From contig NW_003314309.1 in the NCBI RefSeq assembly GCF_000143415.4, positions 1,361,897 to 1,425,896 of the forward strand: a stretch of DNA of 64,000 bases, in the 5' to 3' direction. Shown here piece after piece: positions 12,185 through 23,928 of this stretch (within the stretch, counting starts at the first letter, position 1; the number at the start of each line of letters is the position of its first letter). The notes under the pieces are model-generated. The model was given only the letters and a program-made list of their open reading frames with translations, was not told the origin of the DNA and did no database searches. A program made the translations under genes and the position numbers. This DNA is from Selaginella moellendorffii (taxonomy: Eukaryota > Plantae > Lycopodiophyta).

Positions 12185-13192
12185 ATGGCCATGGCGATGG
12201 CGAGCGCCTCAGCTGCGCGAACAACGTTTCTGGACGGTGGGGGGAGCTCTTCCTTCACGCAAAAGCTTGCATTCCATGAGAATGGCCTGGGATTGAGGGC
12301 TCCATGGCGAGGAGGAGGAGGAGGAGGAGGTATGAATCGCATCGTGCATTGTCGATTGAGAAGCTTGAGGCCAAAGACGCAATGGCCAATCATCCCCGAG
12401 CAGCACAAATGGATGTATGAGGACAAGCCCGAGCTCCAAAAGGTGTCCTCCTCTCATGCTTGCTGGAATTTTCATCTCTTTCTCTCGAGCATATCTTCTC
12501 TTTTGTTGAATCGTTCTTACTCATGGATCTATGGTTTTTTCTTGGATTTTGGTCAGGCAATCTGGCACAAATCCTACTATCCCAAGGAGGCCGATCATCC
12601 CAACGTGAGCAAGAAGTGGTACATTGTGGACGCGACCAACATGAGACTTGGCCGCCTTGCTTCCACCATCGCGTACTATCTCCGCGGCAAGGATTCGCCA
12701 ATGTTTACTCCCAGCCTTGACATGGGATCCTACGTGATTGTGGTAAGAGCTTGTTCTTCCTGGTTCTTCCGCGATCACTTCCAGAGAAACCAAGCTATCT
12801 TCCATGGCTCGCTCCACAGGTGAATTCGGAGAAAGTCGGGGTGACGGGACGAAAGAGGACGGACAAGCTCTACCGGAGACACTCGGGAAGGCCCGGAGGT
12901 CTCAAGGAGGAAACCTTCGACCATCTCCAGAAGCGAATACCCGAGAGGATCGTCGAGCACGCGGTGCGAGGCATGCTTCCGAAGAACCGGGTGAGCGATC
13001 TCTGCAAGCTTTTGGCTCTCGTTGCTTCGCTCTTCCTTGGTTTACGTCCATTGTTTCTTGTAGCTGGGACGGGCGATGTTCAGGAAGCTCAAGGTGTTTA
13101 AAGGCGGAGACCATCCCCACGGAGCGCAAAAGCCAGAGCCACTGCCGATCAAGGACAAGAGAATCATGCTGGACATGGAGCCTCAGTTCTAG
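12185..13192 (+). CDS. RPL13: Plastid 50S ribosomal protein L13 (uL13c); exons 12185-12442, 12557-12742, 12820-12990, 13064-13192
   Basis: Transit-peptide-like N terminus; [59 protein letters not shown]; GT-AG introns. Confidence 0.93.
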
Positions 13193-13590
13193 CTCGTAAG
13201 CTCTCCTCTCTTGCAAGTGCTTCTTCGAGTTTTGTGCTTTTGGTAGAAAGCTTGCGGATGTTTTCATTGCCTGGCTTCCAGATCTCCAGGAGGACCAACA
13301 CAAAATCCTACTGCTTGGCAAAGCCATGGCTCCCAGCGGATCAACTTTTGGTTTGTGTGTATTCTCATCTCAGTAACCATTTTCCTGGGCTTCTAGAAAG
13401 CTTGCGAATTAAGGCCTTGCATCGCCGATCGGCATTAAATCGTCTAGAAGAATTTTCCATTCTTTCTCTGGCAATATTTTCCCTGGCACCAAGGAGGAGA
13501 GATTTGCGGCTGTGTCCACAAGACGTAGGTATTGCTTCTCATAAACTATTCTTTTCAAGTTTGTTCCCAGATGTAAATGGTGCTATATAA

Positions 13591-14685
13591 TGCTTGAAAC
13601 GCTCCAAGAGCTAACGCGCGCTTCGCGTACAAAAACTTTAGAAGCAAGGTAATGTACCCTGGAGCCATAGCTTCTGTTTTTGATTCATCAACGCTTGTTT
13701 CTCTCCCGGCCATTTCTTTCCCAGATCCATGAGATGGCTGAAGAAAAGAAATCGAAAAGTATTCATCTGGACTTCGGTATTAATCCTTGCATCGCCAGGC
13801 TTTAATAAGTAGCATCGAGCTCATTCAAGTAAGGAGACTGTGACTTTGATTGATCACGTCGATGGAGCGTGTCCTCACGCTGCGAGGCTGTTATAAGTAT
13901 TCATCGAAGCATAGTAAGGAGGTACTGTCTGGTTTTGAGTGATCGCTTCGCTATGGAAGTTTGGCCTTCTTCTCCTGAGCAGGTTGAATTTCGCTGCATC
14001 CGCATTCGTTTCACTTCGGTTTCTGCAGCTTCTCGTTGAGCGGACTCGAGAGCATCCGCGCTTTCTGGAGCGTTACAAATCTTTCCAGTCCTACGCCTAC
14101 AAACGCCGAGAAGCCGAGGTTGATCTTTCTATTTATCTACATCGAGTTTTAAGGGATCCGATCTGATCGTCTCTCGCAGGGATGGTACTACGCTACTTGC
14201 ACGCCAGGAAGCGAGGTGAAGCTCCTAGCACTGGACTGAGAAATGGTTGAATGCATCGGCAACGAAGAGCAGATCGTCCAGTTATGCGTCGCGGACCGAG
14301 ACTGTAAGGTACAGTCGCGGTTTCTCGTCGATACTTCTCACATTTCATGTTCTTCCGCAGAAGCTGGCGGACATTCTTGTGAAACCCAGTCGACCAGTCG
14401 TCGATTATCGCACTCCTGTTCATGGAATCACAGCGCAAGACCTCAACAGAGCAGCCTACTGTACTCAGAAAGATGCCCAGGTACTAAAATTTTAGATCTT
14501 TCTTTTGAGCCAAAGTTTTGTGATGGTTTCCTTCAGGATAACCTGGTAGAACTACTCACTCCTGGGACCATCTTGGTTGGCCATACGTTGTCCCATGATC
14601 TAGAAAGTAAGCAGTACTTTAATGTTTTTTTCTAAGCGGCAATACTGGGGTTTGAAGTATTGAAGATCAGCTATCCGCGGGTCGG
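13591..14685 (+). pseudogene. Small-RNA-degrading nuclease (SDN/REX1-like DEDDh exonuclease) pseudogene, 3'-truncated; 5' end approximate
   Basis: Spliced reading LLALD*EMVEC..LVKPSRPVVDYRTPVHGIT..ILVGHTLSHDLE..VLKISYPRV; TGA at 14237-14239 replaces the Cys of DCEM; no ExoIII motif follows. Confidence 0.8.
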
Positions 14686-14903
14686 AGTTTAAGGACACCT
14701 TGTCTTTCCTGTCCCTGTTTGATTCTCGGCTTTTTTCTTCCTTGGTATCAGCACCACTCTACTAGACACCATGTTTCCCATCCCAGCTCGTTGCTTTCCA
14801 GATCTTTCATCAAAGGTTTAAGAAATAAAGAATATATGGAAATATACAAAAGGCAATTCGCCATAAGGGTTAGGGCAAGCTTATCACAGATAGAGAGCGA
14901 GGA

Positions 14904-15776
14904 ATGCAAGACTGTCATATTATTTTAGATATAGATGAAACGCTGGTCACGGAAGCAGAAGATTCGGGGTATGTATATCATGTAGCCGAAGCCTTTTACA
15001 CACCAATGCATGCGAGCTGTGAATTCTTGTCAGCGCTTAATGCAATCCCCAACGTGTGGATGCACTTTTTTAGCTCCGGTAGGGAGTGCAGGAACATACC
15101 TCTTGTGAAACAGATCATGGAGGGTTGCTACTTAAAGTGTAGCTATGATACCTTTTCTATGTCTCACATGACAAAGGAATCTGGTTCTTGGGATTACAAA
15201 AAGAAGTTGGAGAACTTGGGTTTTGAGCTTCCATGGACCATCATGGTGGACGACGAATCCCCGGATGTTGCGGCTACTGGCGAAGAGATTAACTTCTTGC
15301 AGTTGTATTATTTCGGTCAAACAGAGCATCCGCGAGATCGGCAAGTGTTAAGGCTGCGCAGAGAAAACAGTTTGATCCGAGCTCTCGGTTTGATAATCTG
15401 GGCTTTGGAATTGTCAACGACAGCAAATTGCACTTTGGTTCAAGCTTTGGTTGCAATACAGTGGGACCAACATGGCAGGTATGCCCATCAACGAACGAAT
15501 GCGATGCAAGTTTATGAAGTTGGGCTTGCCGCAATGCAAAAAATAAATCAAAGTATCACACTCTTGGGTTGCAGCAGTGATGCTACTGTCTATCCATGGT
15601 CTGAATTAGAGATGGATGATCATGCAAAGGCCCATCAAAAGTTTTGGAGGATTGGGTTTGGGAAGCAAAAGTTAGACAGACTAATGATGCATAGACTGCA
15701 ATTGAATGTTTCTCTCCCAGCAGTTCAGACTCGTGATGTGGAAGATCTTTGTATTGATGCATTGTATTGCCAATAA
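14904..15776 (+). CDS. Intronless HAD-superfamily (NIF/FCP1-like) phosphatase, 290 aa
   Basis: Motif I ILDIDETL, motif II FFSSG, Lys in YKKKL, motif IV IMVDDE. Confidence 0.7.
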   Translation: MQDCHIILDIDETLVTEAEDSGYVYHVAEAFYTPMHASCEFLSALNAIPNVWMHFFSSGRECRNIPLVKQIMEGCYLKCSYDTFSMSHMTKESGSWDYKKKLENLGFELPWTIMVDDESPDVAATGEEINFLQLYYFGQTEHPRDRQVLRLRRENSLIRALGLIIWALELSTTANCTLVQALVAIQWDQHGRYAHQRTNAMQVYEVGLAAMQKINQSITLLGCSSDATVYPWSELEMDDHAKAHQKFWRIGFGKQKLDRLMMHRLQLNVSLPAVQTRDVEDLCIDALYCQ

Positions 15777-15859
15777 CACAAGAAGCTTTGTCAAGACGCA
15801 GGGAAGAGAAACTCAAGTAAATCAGCATGGCGAGGGGCTTGTAAAAAAGGCCACTAATA

Positions 15860-16023
15860 AATATATTGAGTTTCTTAGAATCTATAACAAAACGAAGAAG
15901 TTGTTCTTATTTCTTGTACTGCATTGTGAAGTTGCTTAATGACAATATATTGAGTTTCTTAGAATCTATAACAAAATGAAGAAGTCGTTCTCATTTCTTG
16001 TACTGCACGGTGAAGTTGCTTAA
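15860..16023 (+). repeat. Two-copy ~84-bp tandem duplication
   Basis: aatatattgagtttcttagaatctataacaaaa...gaagttgcttaa occurs twice. Confidence 0.85.
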
Positions 16024-16149
16024 CCATACCTCGTATATCAAGCCTGGGCATTAAATGAAAGAATACAAAAGAAAACGACAGTGGAAACAAAAAGAAGCAA
16101 AAGATTTTTCTTTTCCTTTTTATTGGAACATCGATAGGCTAGATGTTTT

Positions 16150-17568
16150 TGTTGAGGTATACGCTCTCTATGACATGATCCTAGGTGGCAGGAGTGCCAC
16201 TTCATTGATCCAGGTGTAGGCTAGAGGTGTGTCTCTTCATCATGTATATATAGCTATGATATATACAACTATCCTTTGGAGTCATCCACCATCGTAGCTT
16301 CCGCTCTTCTTCTCTTCATGGTATCGGAGCCCTGAGGGCTTCAGATCCAGGGACGATGGCACTGGCCGAGGAGGAGGCCAGCGAGGATGACGATGAGCCA
16401 CCGGACGTGGCTGAGAGGTGCCAAGATTTGACACTGTGCTGCATTGAGCGCCAAGGTAACAGCACTAGCAAGCTGAGCAAGGCACTAGGGTGTGATCGAG
16501 CAGAGACTGGCCCGGAGGCGCTGGCAAAGGCGCTGAGAGAGGGCTGGCTTGAGGCACCGAGTGGTGCTGGAGAGCAGCCGAAGGCGCTGGTGGAGGCGCT
16601 GAGAGGAGGCACCGAGCAGAGACTGCACTAGGGCGCTGAGCAAGGTGCCGAGAGGAGGCACCGAGCAGAGACTGCACTAGGGCGCTGAGCAAGGTGCCGA
16701 GAGGCGGAGAGACTGCATTAGGGCGTTGAGCAAGGCGCTGAGGCGCTAGCACAGGTGCTGAGAGAGGGCTGGCGCGAGGCACCGAGCAGAGGTGAGCGCT
16801 GGGCACCCTGTAGGATAGAGGCGCGAGACACCGAGGGCTGCAAGCAGAGGTGCAGTGCTGGGGCGCTGGTGGACTGGACAGAGGTGCTGTCCAGAGGCAA
16901 GCAGGCAGAGGCGATGCTGAGTGCTGGGCTGTGAGAGGGCTCCATAGCAGAGGGAGAGAGCCGTTAGGACTCTGGCCGAGGAGGCTTGATCGAGGATGAG
17001 ACGATGAGGGCTGGCTTGAGGCACTGGAACGCTGAGTGAGGTGCTGGTGTGAGAGAGCGACCCTGAGAGAGTGGTGCAAGGCACAAGCACAGAGGCGCTG
17101 GCAGAGGCGCTGAGAGAGGAGAGACTGCGATCAGAGGCTGTGAACGAGGCGCTAGAGCGTGCGAGGCCCTGCAGAGACTCACCAGAGGTGAGTGCCGGGC
17201 GTAGAGGCACAAGGCCCCGAGGGCTGGCCGAGCAGAGACTCCACTCGAGCGCTGAGTGAGGCGCTGGTGTGAGAATGCACTGGTAGAGGCGCTGAGAGGA
17301 GGCACTGAGCAGAGACAGATTTCTGTCGTGGATACGACAGAGTGCTTGGATGCAGAGGGAGAGTGATCTCAGATTCATGTCATCGAGATCGAGAGGGAGT
17401 GTTGAGGTATACGCTCTCTATGACATGATCCTAGGTGGCAGGAGTGCCACTTCATTGATCCAGGTGTAGGCTAGAGGTGTGTCTCTTCATCATGTATATA
17501 TAGCTATGATATATACGACTATCCTTTGGAGTCATCCACCATCGTAGCTTCCGCTCTTCTTCTCTTCA
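16150..17568 (+). mobile_element. Intact non-autonomous LTR element (TRIM-like); LTRs 16150-16318 and 17400-17568
   Basis: 169-bp TG..CA LTRs with one visible mismatch; PBS TGGTATCGGAGCC at 16319; PPT GAGAGGGAG; TSD GTTTT on both sides. Confidence 0.95.
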
Positions 17569-19931
17569 GTTTTTTGTTTACAGATTCCGCATTTGATCGA
17601 GCTTAGGAGTTGAGCTTCTTCAGTACGACGAGATTGAGTTTCAAAGGAGGCCAAACTGATGTGGTTAGTCGAATAAATTATTGCGACTCATTCCTTTATA
17701 CTGGTAAATGCTTGGGGCTACTCAACCATGAACTTCTCTCTGGAGCTCAAGCAAATGGTGAAAGCGCTTCATATGGTAGGCTGAAAATTTCCAAGCACTG
17801 TGTTCTTTCATGATGACAAAGTCCGCTTTTTCTGTGAGATGGTGATGCCGGGTCAGGTGCTTGGCCGTGAGCTTTCTCTCGGGCCTCCTCCTGGTCAAGA
17901 CGATGCTTCAAACACCTGTTCTCCATCAACATACTGGAGATCACATGATCAAAACACTCATCTTCATGCAAGATGCTCATAATCATACATAATACCTTCA
18001 TGATCAAGCCACAAGCACCCACTCATGAAACAAAACTTCTTGACTTCAGGGGTCTTGATCGCTCTTGAGAACTCGCCAGCCAAGATATGCCTTGCTCAGG
18101 ATCTCAATGACCTTCATTTTGTGCCCCTTTGGGTGATAATGTTAGGCACCACATGGTCAACGTCGGTCAAAGGGAGGTTATTAAGGCATATTAGGGTAAG
18201 GGACAAAAAACCCTACCCTAGGGCTCACAGTGGAGCAACAGCATAATGGAGCTTTTGAGGTAACTTAGGGGTGGTTAGGTGAGGAACCTTAAAAGGTGGC
18301 GTAACATGGTTTAGGGTGATTAGATTTTTGTTGTTTTTGCACCGGATCATAATAAGAGGTATTCCAATGGTTTTGTGTGATATGGGTCTTCAATGGTGGA
18401 ATTGGCTTGAGGAATCTCGTGTTGCGGATAATAAACCACTAGTGTCTACCATAGATGAGTTTGAGGTTGCTTTCCGTTTACGTTTTGCTCCTCATTACAA
18501 CGTGGAGAATGCTCATACAAAACTTCGACATTTCCAGCAAGGGAAAATGACACTCGGGGACTATATTGAGAAGCTTACTCGCTTGATTAGTTGTGTTCCA
18601 ATGAAGGATTCAGATCAAAACAAGTCCTACTTCATTGATGGCCTACATAGTGAAAGCATGTGGCAACACTTGATTGGGAACAAGCATCATAAGTTGAAAT
18701 CAGTGGTGACTACTTTAGATGCAAAGGGGTCCAAGAAGCAAAAGTTCTTTATGAAGAATTATAGACAAAATTGTCATCATTGCGGCAAACTTGGATATTA
18801 CAAAGCTAATTGTCTGCAGTTGAAGAATAAGCAGCAGGATAAAAAAAAGGCCAATCTTCTACTCACGGTAAGTTAGATATTAAAAAGTTGCAAACTTTGC
18901 AGCATGAGGATGACGAGAACGACCATTCTGGTTGGAGGAAGAGACTTTTGATCATTGCTCGTTAGCTCAACTGTGTGTGGAACAAGATGGAGTTCGAGGA
19001 TACTCGTGAATCAGCTTTAATGTTGGAGGGTGTGTTTCGTGGCGATCTAGTGCGGATTTTACAGGATAGTGGGAGCGATGACAACTTTGTTTTGGCAAAG
19101 TTTGTTGTGGTGGCCTAGTCACACGCAGAGTTCTTCCATACACGGTGGAAAGTGCAGCTACCTTTACTCAGCATTTCGATGCTTGTGTCGAGGGGTTAGA
19201 AGTGTTGGTTGGCAAAACCACACTTGTGGAGACTTTTTATCTCACGTATATCCATCATGTGGATTTCATTCTTGGGATGCCATGGTTGGTGAAGGTGGAT
19301 CCAGAGATAAAGTGAAGTATTAAGCGTGTCTCGCTAGAATATAGTGGCGTTAAAGATGTGTGGTTTGGCGAGGGCGTTCAACCACCAGTTGTTATGCTCT
19401 CTACTACATTTTTGAAGCAAGCTTGTCATAATGGAAAAGCACTTTCGAGTTACTTGCTGTTTATTTGTGACTTGAGGGACCAATGCACGTGTGGGGGAGA
19501 AGCAGCAGTATGGGATATACTTGACGAGTTTTTTGATGTTTTTTCATCTAAACTTCCTCATGGGTTGCCTCTATTATGAGGTGTGGAGCATGGGATTACA
19601 TTAGAGCTGGAGACGCGGCCAATTTATCGGCATCCATTTCGATTAAGTTATGTGGAAGAGCAAGAAGTTCAACAATAAGTCAAGGAGTTACTTGAATTTG
19701 GATTTATTCAGCCAAGTAAGTCTCCATTTGGTGCTCTGGTCTTGCTTGTGGAGAAGAAAGATAATTCAATGCGGATATGTATTGACTACCGCGCTTTGAA
19801 CAAGAAGACAGTGAAGGATAAAATGCCGATGCCACTTGTGGATGATATCCTAGACAAGCTTGGTGAAGCATGAGTGTTTACCAAGATTGATTTGAGGAGT
19901 GAATATCATCAGATTGCAATGGATGATACAT

Positions 19932-21081
19932 TGTCGCGCATGTGACTTCAGGTATCGAAAGTTACCTGTCGACTAGTCCTTACGGACACTCTTACCTTAC
20001 TGCCACGATGGCAGGAGGTCGGTATTGCTGGACCCGTTATTAGTCTCCGCCTAAGCTAGTTGAGAAACTGGTCATCACATGTGCACTTAGACCGGAAGGG
20101 CACTAAGGAAGGAAATCCTAAGTTGTCATTTAGTCAAGCAGACTTGACACGGTGATGAGAAACTCATGATGTTGGCTTGCACTTGCTAGTGTTAGGAACC
20201 CCCGTGATATTGAGCTTGGTCCCTCAATATCGCTACATGATAGCTTACCGTGTCTGCCAAACACCCTCGCTATCATGCCCTTTGTGTTGGTCTCATTTCG
20301 GTCCCAAATGCTATTTATGGAAAGCATCCAGATTTGCTCATTTGGCATATCTACGGAATGTAGAGATCGTCCTGAACACAATGGTGTTCGTCCCATGTCC
20401 AAATTCGCAATCTAGGGACATTCCATATTTAGTAAGTTTCAAGCTTGTTCCAGAGACTAACTCCTGATACTAAGGGAGGCTTGGGGTGAAAGCCCAAAGC
20501 GTGTGTTCCTCAAGGGGGGGGGGCTATGGGGGGTTCCAAATGTATAGTAGGGATAGTGGGTAGGTCGGGCATGGCCGACCAACCTGAGGCATAGTCTAGC
20601 TCCCGCTTGCGTGCCTGTCCTTGTTCTGCGTCCGGCTTGGGTCTAAGCCCAAGTTCCATTCCATGCTAGTTGGTGGAGTACCCATGTCCTCGCGTTAGGC
20701 CACCGGTATGCTGAAATAGCGCCAGACTCCGTTTGGCTCCGTTTTGCGTGCTGGTCCTGGCATTGGGATGCTGGTTACTTTAGGACTGTTCCAAGTCACT
20801 CCGGGCTCCTGTCCCTTCGCTCCTTGGGCTTTATGCTCGGGAGTTGCTCCATGGTTCGGTTCCGACACTCCTTGGCTCCATGCTTGGGAGTTTGGCACCG
20901 TTCTATTGTTCAGTGGCCCAAGGCCCTGAACCTCGGGTTCCTATGGACACGTGGCATGGACATGTGGCATGTGACACGTGGCATCTGTCACGTGGCACAA
21001 AGAGGGTTTAGGTTCCGCTTCGTGGTGTTATCCTATGGTAAATCACCATAGGATAAAGGGTCAAAAACCACGTGCGCTACA
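19932..21081 (+). mobile_element. Solo LTR of family B inserted in the RT of element A
   Basis: TGTCGCG..GCTACA, reverse complement of the LTRs at 31898 and 49676; TSD TACAT/TGCAT; removing it restores RT MDDAFISKTAFNT. Confidence 0.93.
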
Positions 21082-23162
21082 TGCATTTATCTCCAAGACG
21101 GCATTCAACACAAGCTTCAGACATTTTGAGTTTACAATTCTGCCGTATGGTTTGACAAATGCACTAGCCCATTTACTCGGTTGATGACAGAGGTATTTGG
21201 GCGTTATCTTCATGAGTTTATGGAAATTTTCTTGGATGATATTCTTGTTTATAACAAGAATATGGAGGAGCATAAGGTGCATTTGCGCAAGGTTCTTTTG
21301 TTACTCCGAGATAGCAAACTATATGCGAAGAAAAACAAATGTGAGTTTGCAAAGTCGGAGGTGGAATATCTAGGCTATATTGTGACATCTAAGGGTGTCA
21401 AGACGGATCTAAGGAAGGTGGTTGTGATGGAAAACTAGCCTACACCGACTACAGTGACCGAGTTGCGCAATTTATTTGGTATAGCTAGTTATTACTGATG
21501 TTTCCACCATAAGTTTGCAGAGGTGGCTATTCCTTTGACATGGTTGTTACACAAGAATGTGCCATTCAAGTGGAAGAAGCCACAAGAAGAGAGTTTTGTA
21601 GTGCTGAAACAATTGTTGAGTGAGATTCTAGTGCTTCGCATTGCTGATCCATCGAAACTTTACAAGGGGATATGTGATGCGAGTGGTTATGCACTGGGAG
21701 GAGTTCTCATGCAAGAGGGACAACCTATTGCATATGAGAGTCGAACTTTGAATTCCATAGAGCAACGCTATTCCACATATGAGCAAGAGTTACTCTCTAT
21801 TGTTCATGCTTTGCAGACATGATAGCACTATCTTTATGGTGCAATGTTCGTGGTGTTGATAAATCATAAACCACTTGTGTATTTTTTCACATAGAAGGAG
21901 TTGAACACTAGACAAGCTTGTTGGATGGTCAAATTCATGGAGTTTGGGGAGTTTCTTATCGAGCATCGTCTAGGAAAATCAAATGTGGTGGTAGATGCTT
22001 TATGTCATATTCATTATGTGACGACATTACAAACACAATTTTGTCATCATTTGAGTAAGGTGGTCAATGAGTTTGGCAGTTGGTTGAGCATGCTCAGGCT
22101 TAGGATGTTGAGGTGGCCTCTTTGCCAGACCAGATGGAAGCCCCTTTCTCATTGGTGGATGGGAGTCTCTACTACAATGGCCGTGTATATTTGCCATGGG
22201 TGGATGTGTTAATTACTCAAGTATTATTCCACTATCATGACCATCCAGAGGCCGATAATTTTCGGGGGAAGAAGACATATGACTTGATTAAGCACAATTT
22301 TTATTGGAGGAATATGAAGGCTGATATCCTTAAGTATTGTCAATCATGCAAGCTCTGTTAGCGGGTTAAGGTGCCACAGGAGAAGCCAGGGGGACTTTTG
22401 CAACCTTTACCTATTCCTAAGAGCCATTGATATAGTATCTCTATAGACTTCATCACTTGTTTATCACGAACATAGAGGCAAAAGGAGCAAATATGGGTTA
22501 TAGTGGATTGGTTGACGAAGTATGTGCGATTGTTGGCTCTTCAAAAGACTGTCACTACCTCAAACTTAACTGTAGTTTACTTGGAGAAGGTTTTTCTTGA
22601 TTTTGGTTTACTGGAGGACATCATTAGTGATCGAGATTCAAAGTTCACCAGTGGATTTTAAAAAATCTTTGCAAAGGCTATGCAAGTGACTTTAAAACTC
22701 TTGAGTGGAGATCATCCTCAGATGGATGGGCAAATCAAGTGTATGAATCAAGTGGTGGAGGATATGCTACGTTGTAGCATTGGTCAAAGGCAAGGACAGT
22801 AAGATCTATATCTTCCATTGGTGCAATTTGCTTACAACAATAACTAACATAGTGGAACTAAGCTAAGTCCTTATTTTGCCATGTTTGGAAGGCATCCCTG
22901 AATAATGGTTGTAGCACATGTGATCATGGGATGAGATTTGGATATACTGTCACTGTGGATCCTTGGAACTTTGGGGATAAATAGGGATAAATAGCTATTA
23001 AGAGCTCTCTCATCAAGAAATTGCCCCTTTTCCAGTTAGCTTAAGGGGAGAGAGATAGGGTGCGTTACATGTAATATCGAAACAAATGACATGGGTTTGA
23101 TTCCCATTGATTAATGGCTACTTAAAAATATAATATACCTTTGAGCAAGGTATATTCTTACC

Positions 23163-23755
23163 TGTAAGCAACCAAAGGGAACGACTCGAGAGACGATCCA
23201 TGGGGTTCAAATATAGAGGGAAAAGGCCCATGAATAAGAGTGCACCCCCTTTTCCAATTGGTTAAGGGTCTTGGGATAGTTGGGGTTAAGCATCCTTAGG
23301 TGTGAATAGTACTGGGTTGGGTGACCTCCCGGGAAGTCCAAACTCAAGAGCTTACATTTGGTATCAGAGAGGTCTTGGGTCTGACTCTATTGGTTGGCTA
23401 AGGGAATCACACCACATATTCATTGACATCTGGCTGGTCTAGTTTGCTCCCACTGGGCTCGACCCGAGGGGTAGGGTGTCAAGAGAGCGAGGCTCTCGGG
23501 AGAGTTACGGCTCTCAATTTCCGTTCACGAGGGTGTAAACTTGCAGGGAAGCATGGTGGATTGTAAGCAACCAAAAGAAACGACCCGAGAGACGATCTAT
23601 GGGGTTCAAATATAGAAGGAAAGGGCCCATGAATAAGAGTGCACCCCCTTTTCCAATTGGTTAAGGGTCTTGGGATAGTTGGGGTTAAGTGTCCTTGGGT
23701 GTGAATAGTACTGGGCTGGGTGACCTCCCGGGAAGTCCAAACTCAGGAGCTTACA
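23163..23755 (+). mobile_element. Cassandra-type TRIM with 5S rRNA-derived LTR segments (LTRs 23163-23356 and 23562-23755)
   Basis: 194-bp LTRs containing GGTTAAG..GAATAGTACTGGG.TGGGTGACCTCCCGGGAAGTCC (5S A-box/IE/C-box); PBS TGGTATCAGAG; perfect TSD TTACC. Confidence 0.93.
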
Positions 23756-23760
23756 TTACC

Positions 23761-23928
23761 CTTAAATTTGAAATCGGACATATTGGGCATCCATGCGTAC
23801 ATCCTTCCTCTAGTGTGGAGTATCTATGGACAAAGGTATCCTACAACCTTAAATTTGAAATCGGACATATTGGGCATCCATGCGTACATCCTTCCTCTAG
23901 TGTGGAGTATCTATGGACAAAGGTATCC
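23761..23928 (+). repeat. Two-copy tandem duplication, 87-bp period, inside TRIM D
   Basis: cttaaatttgaaatcggacatattggg...aggtatcc at 23761 and 23848. Confidence 0.9.

Noticed and set aside
14237-14239. TGA at a conserved Cys as selenocysteine
   Set aside because: Land plants lack Sec machinery and the gene is also 3'-truncated; simple nonsense mutation
16316-17378. Several 100-210 aa ORFs in the TRIM interior
   Set aside because: Low-complexity, open on both strands because of GC-rich repeats; no domain motifs
20130-21051. ORFs recurring at 20, 32 and 50 kb as a gene family
   Set aside because: They are incidental frames within three copies of the same LTR
23284-23738. 5S rRNA genes
   Set aside because: Only ~55 nt of the internal promoter region is present, inside LTRs; no full 120-nt gene or terminator
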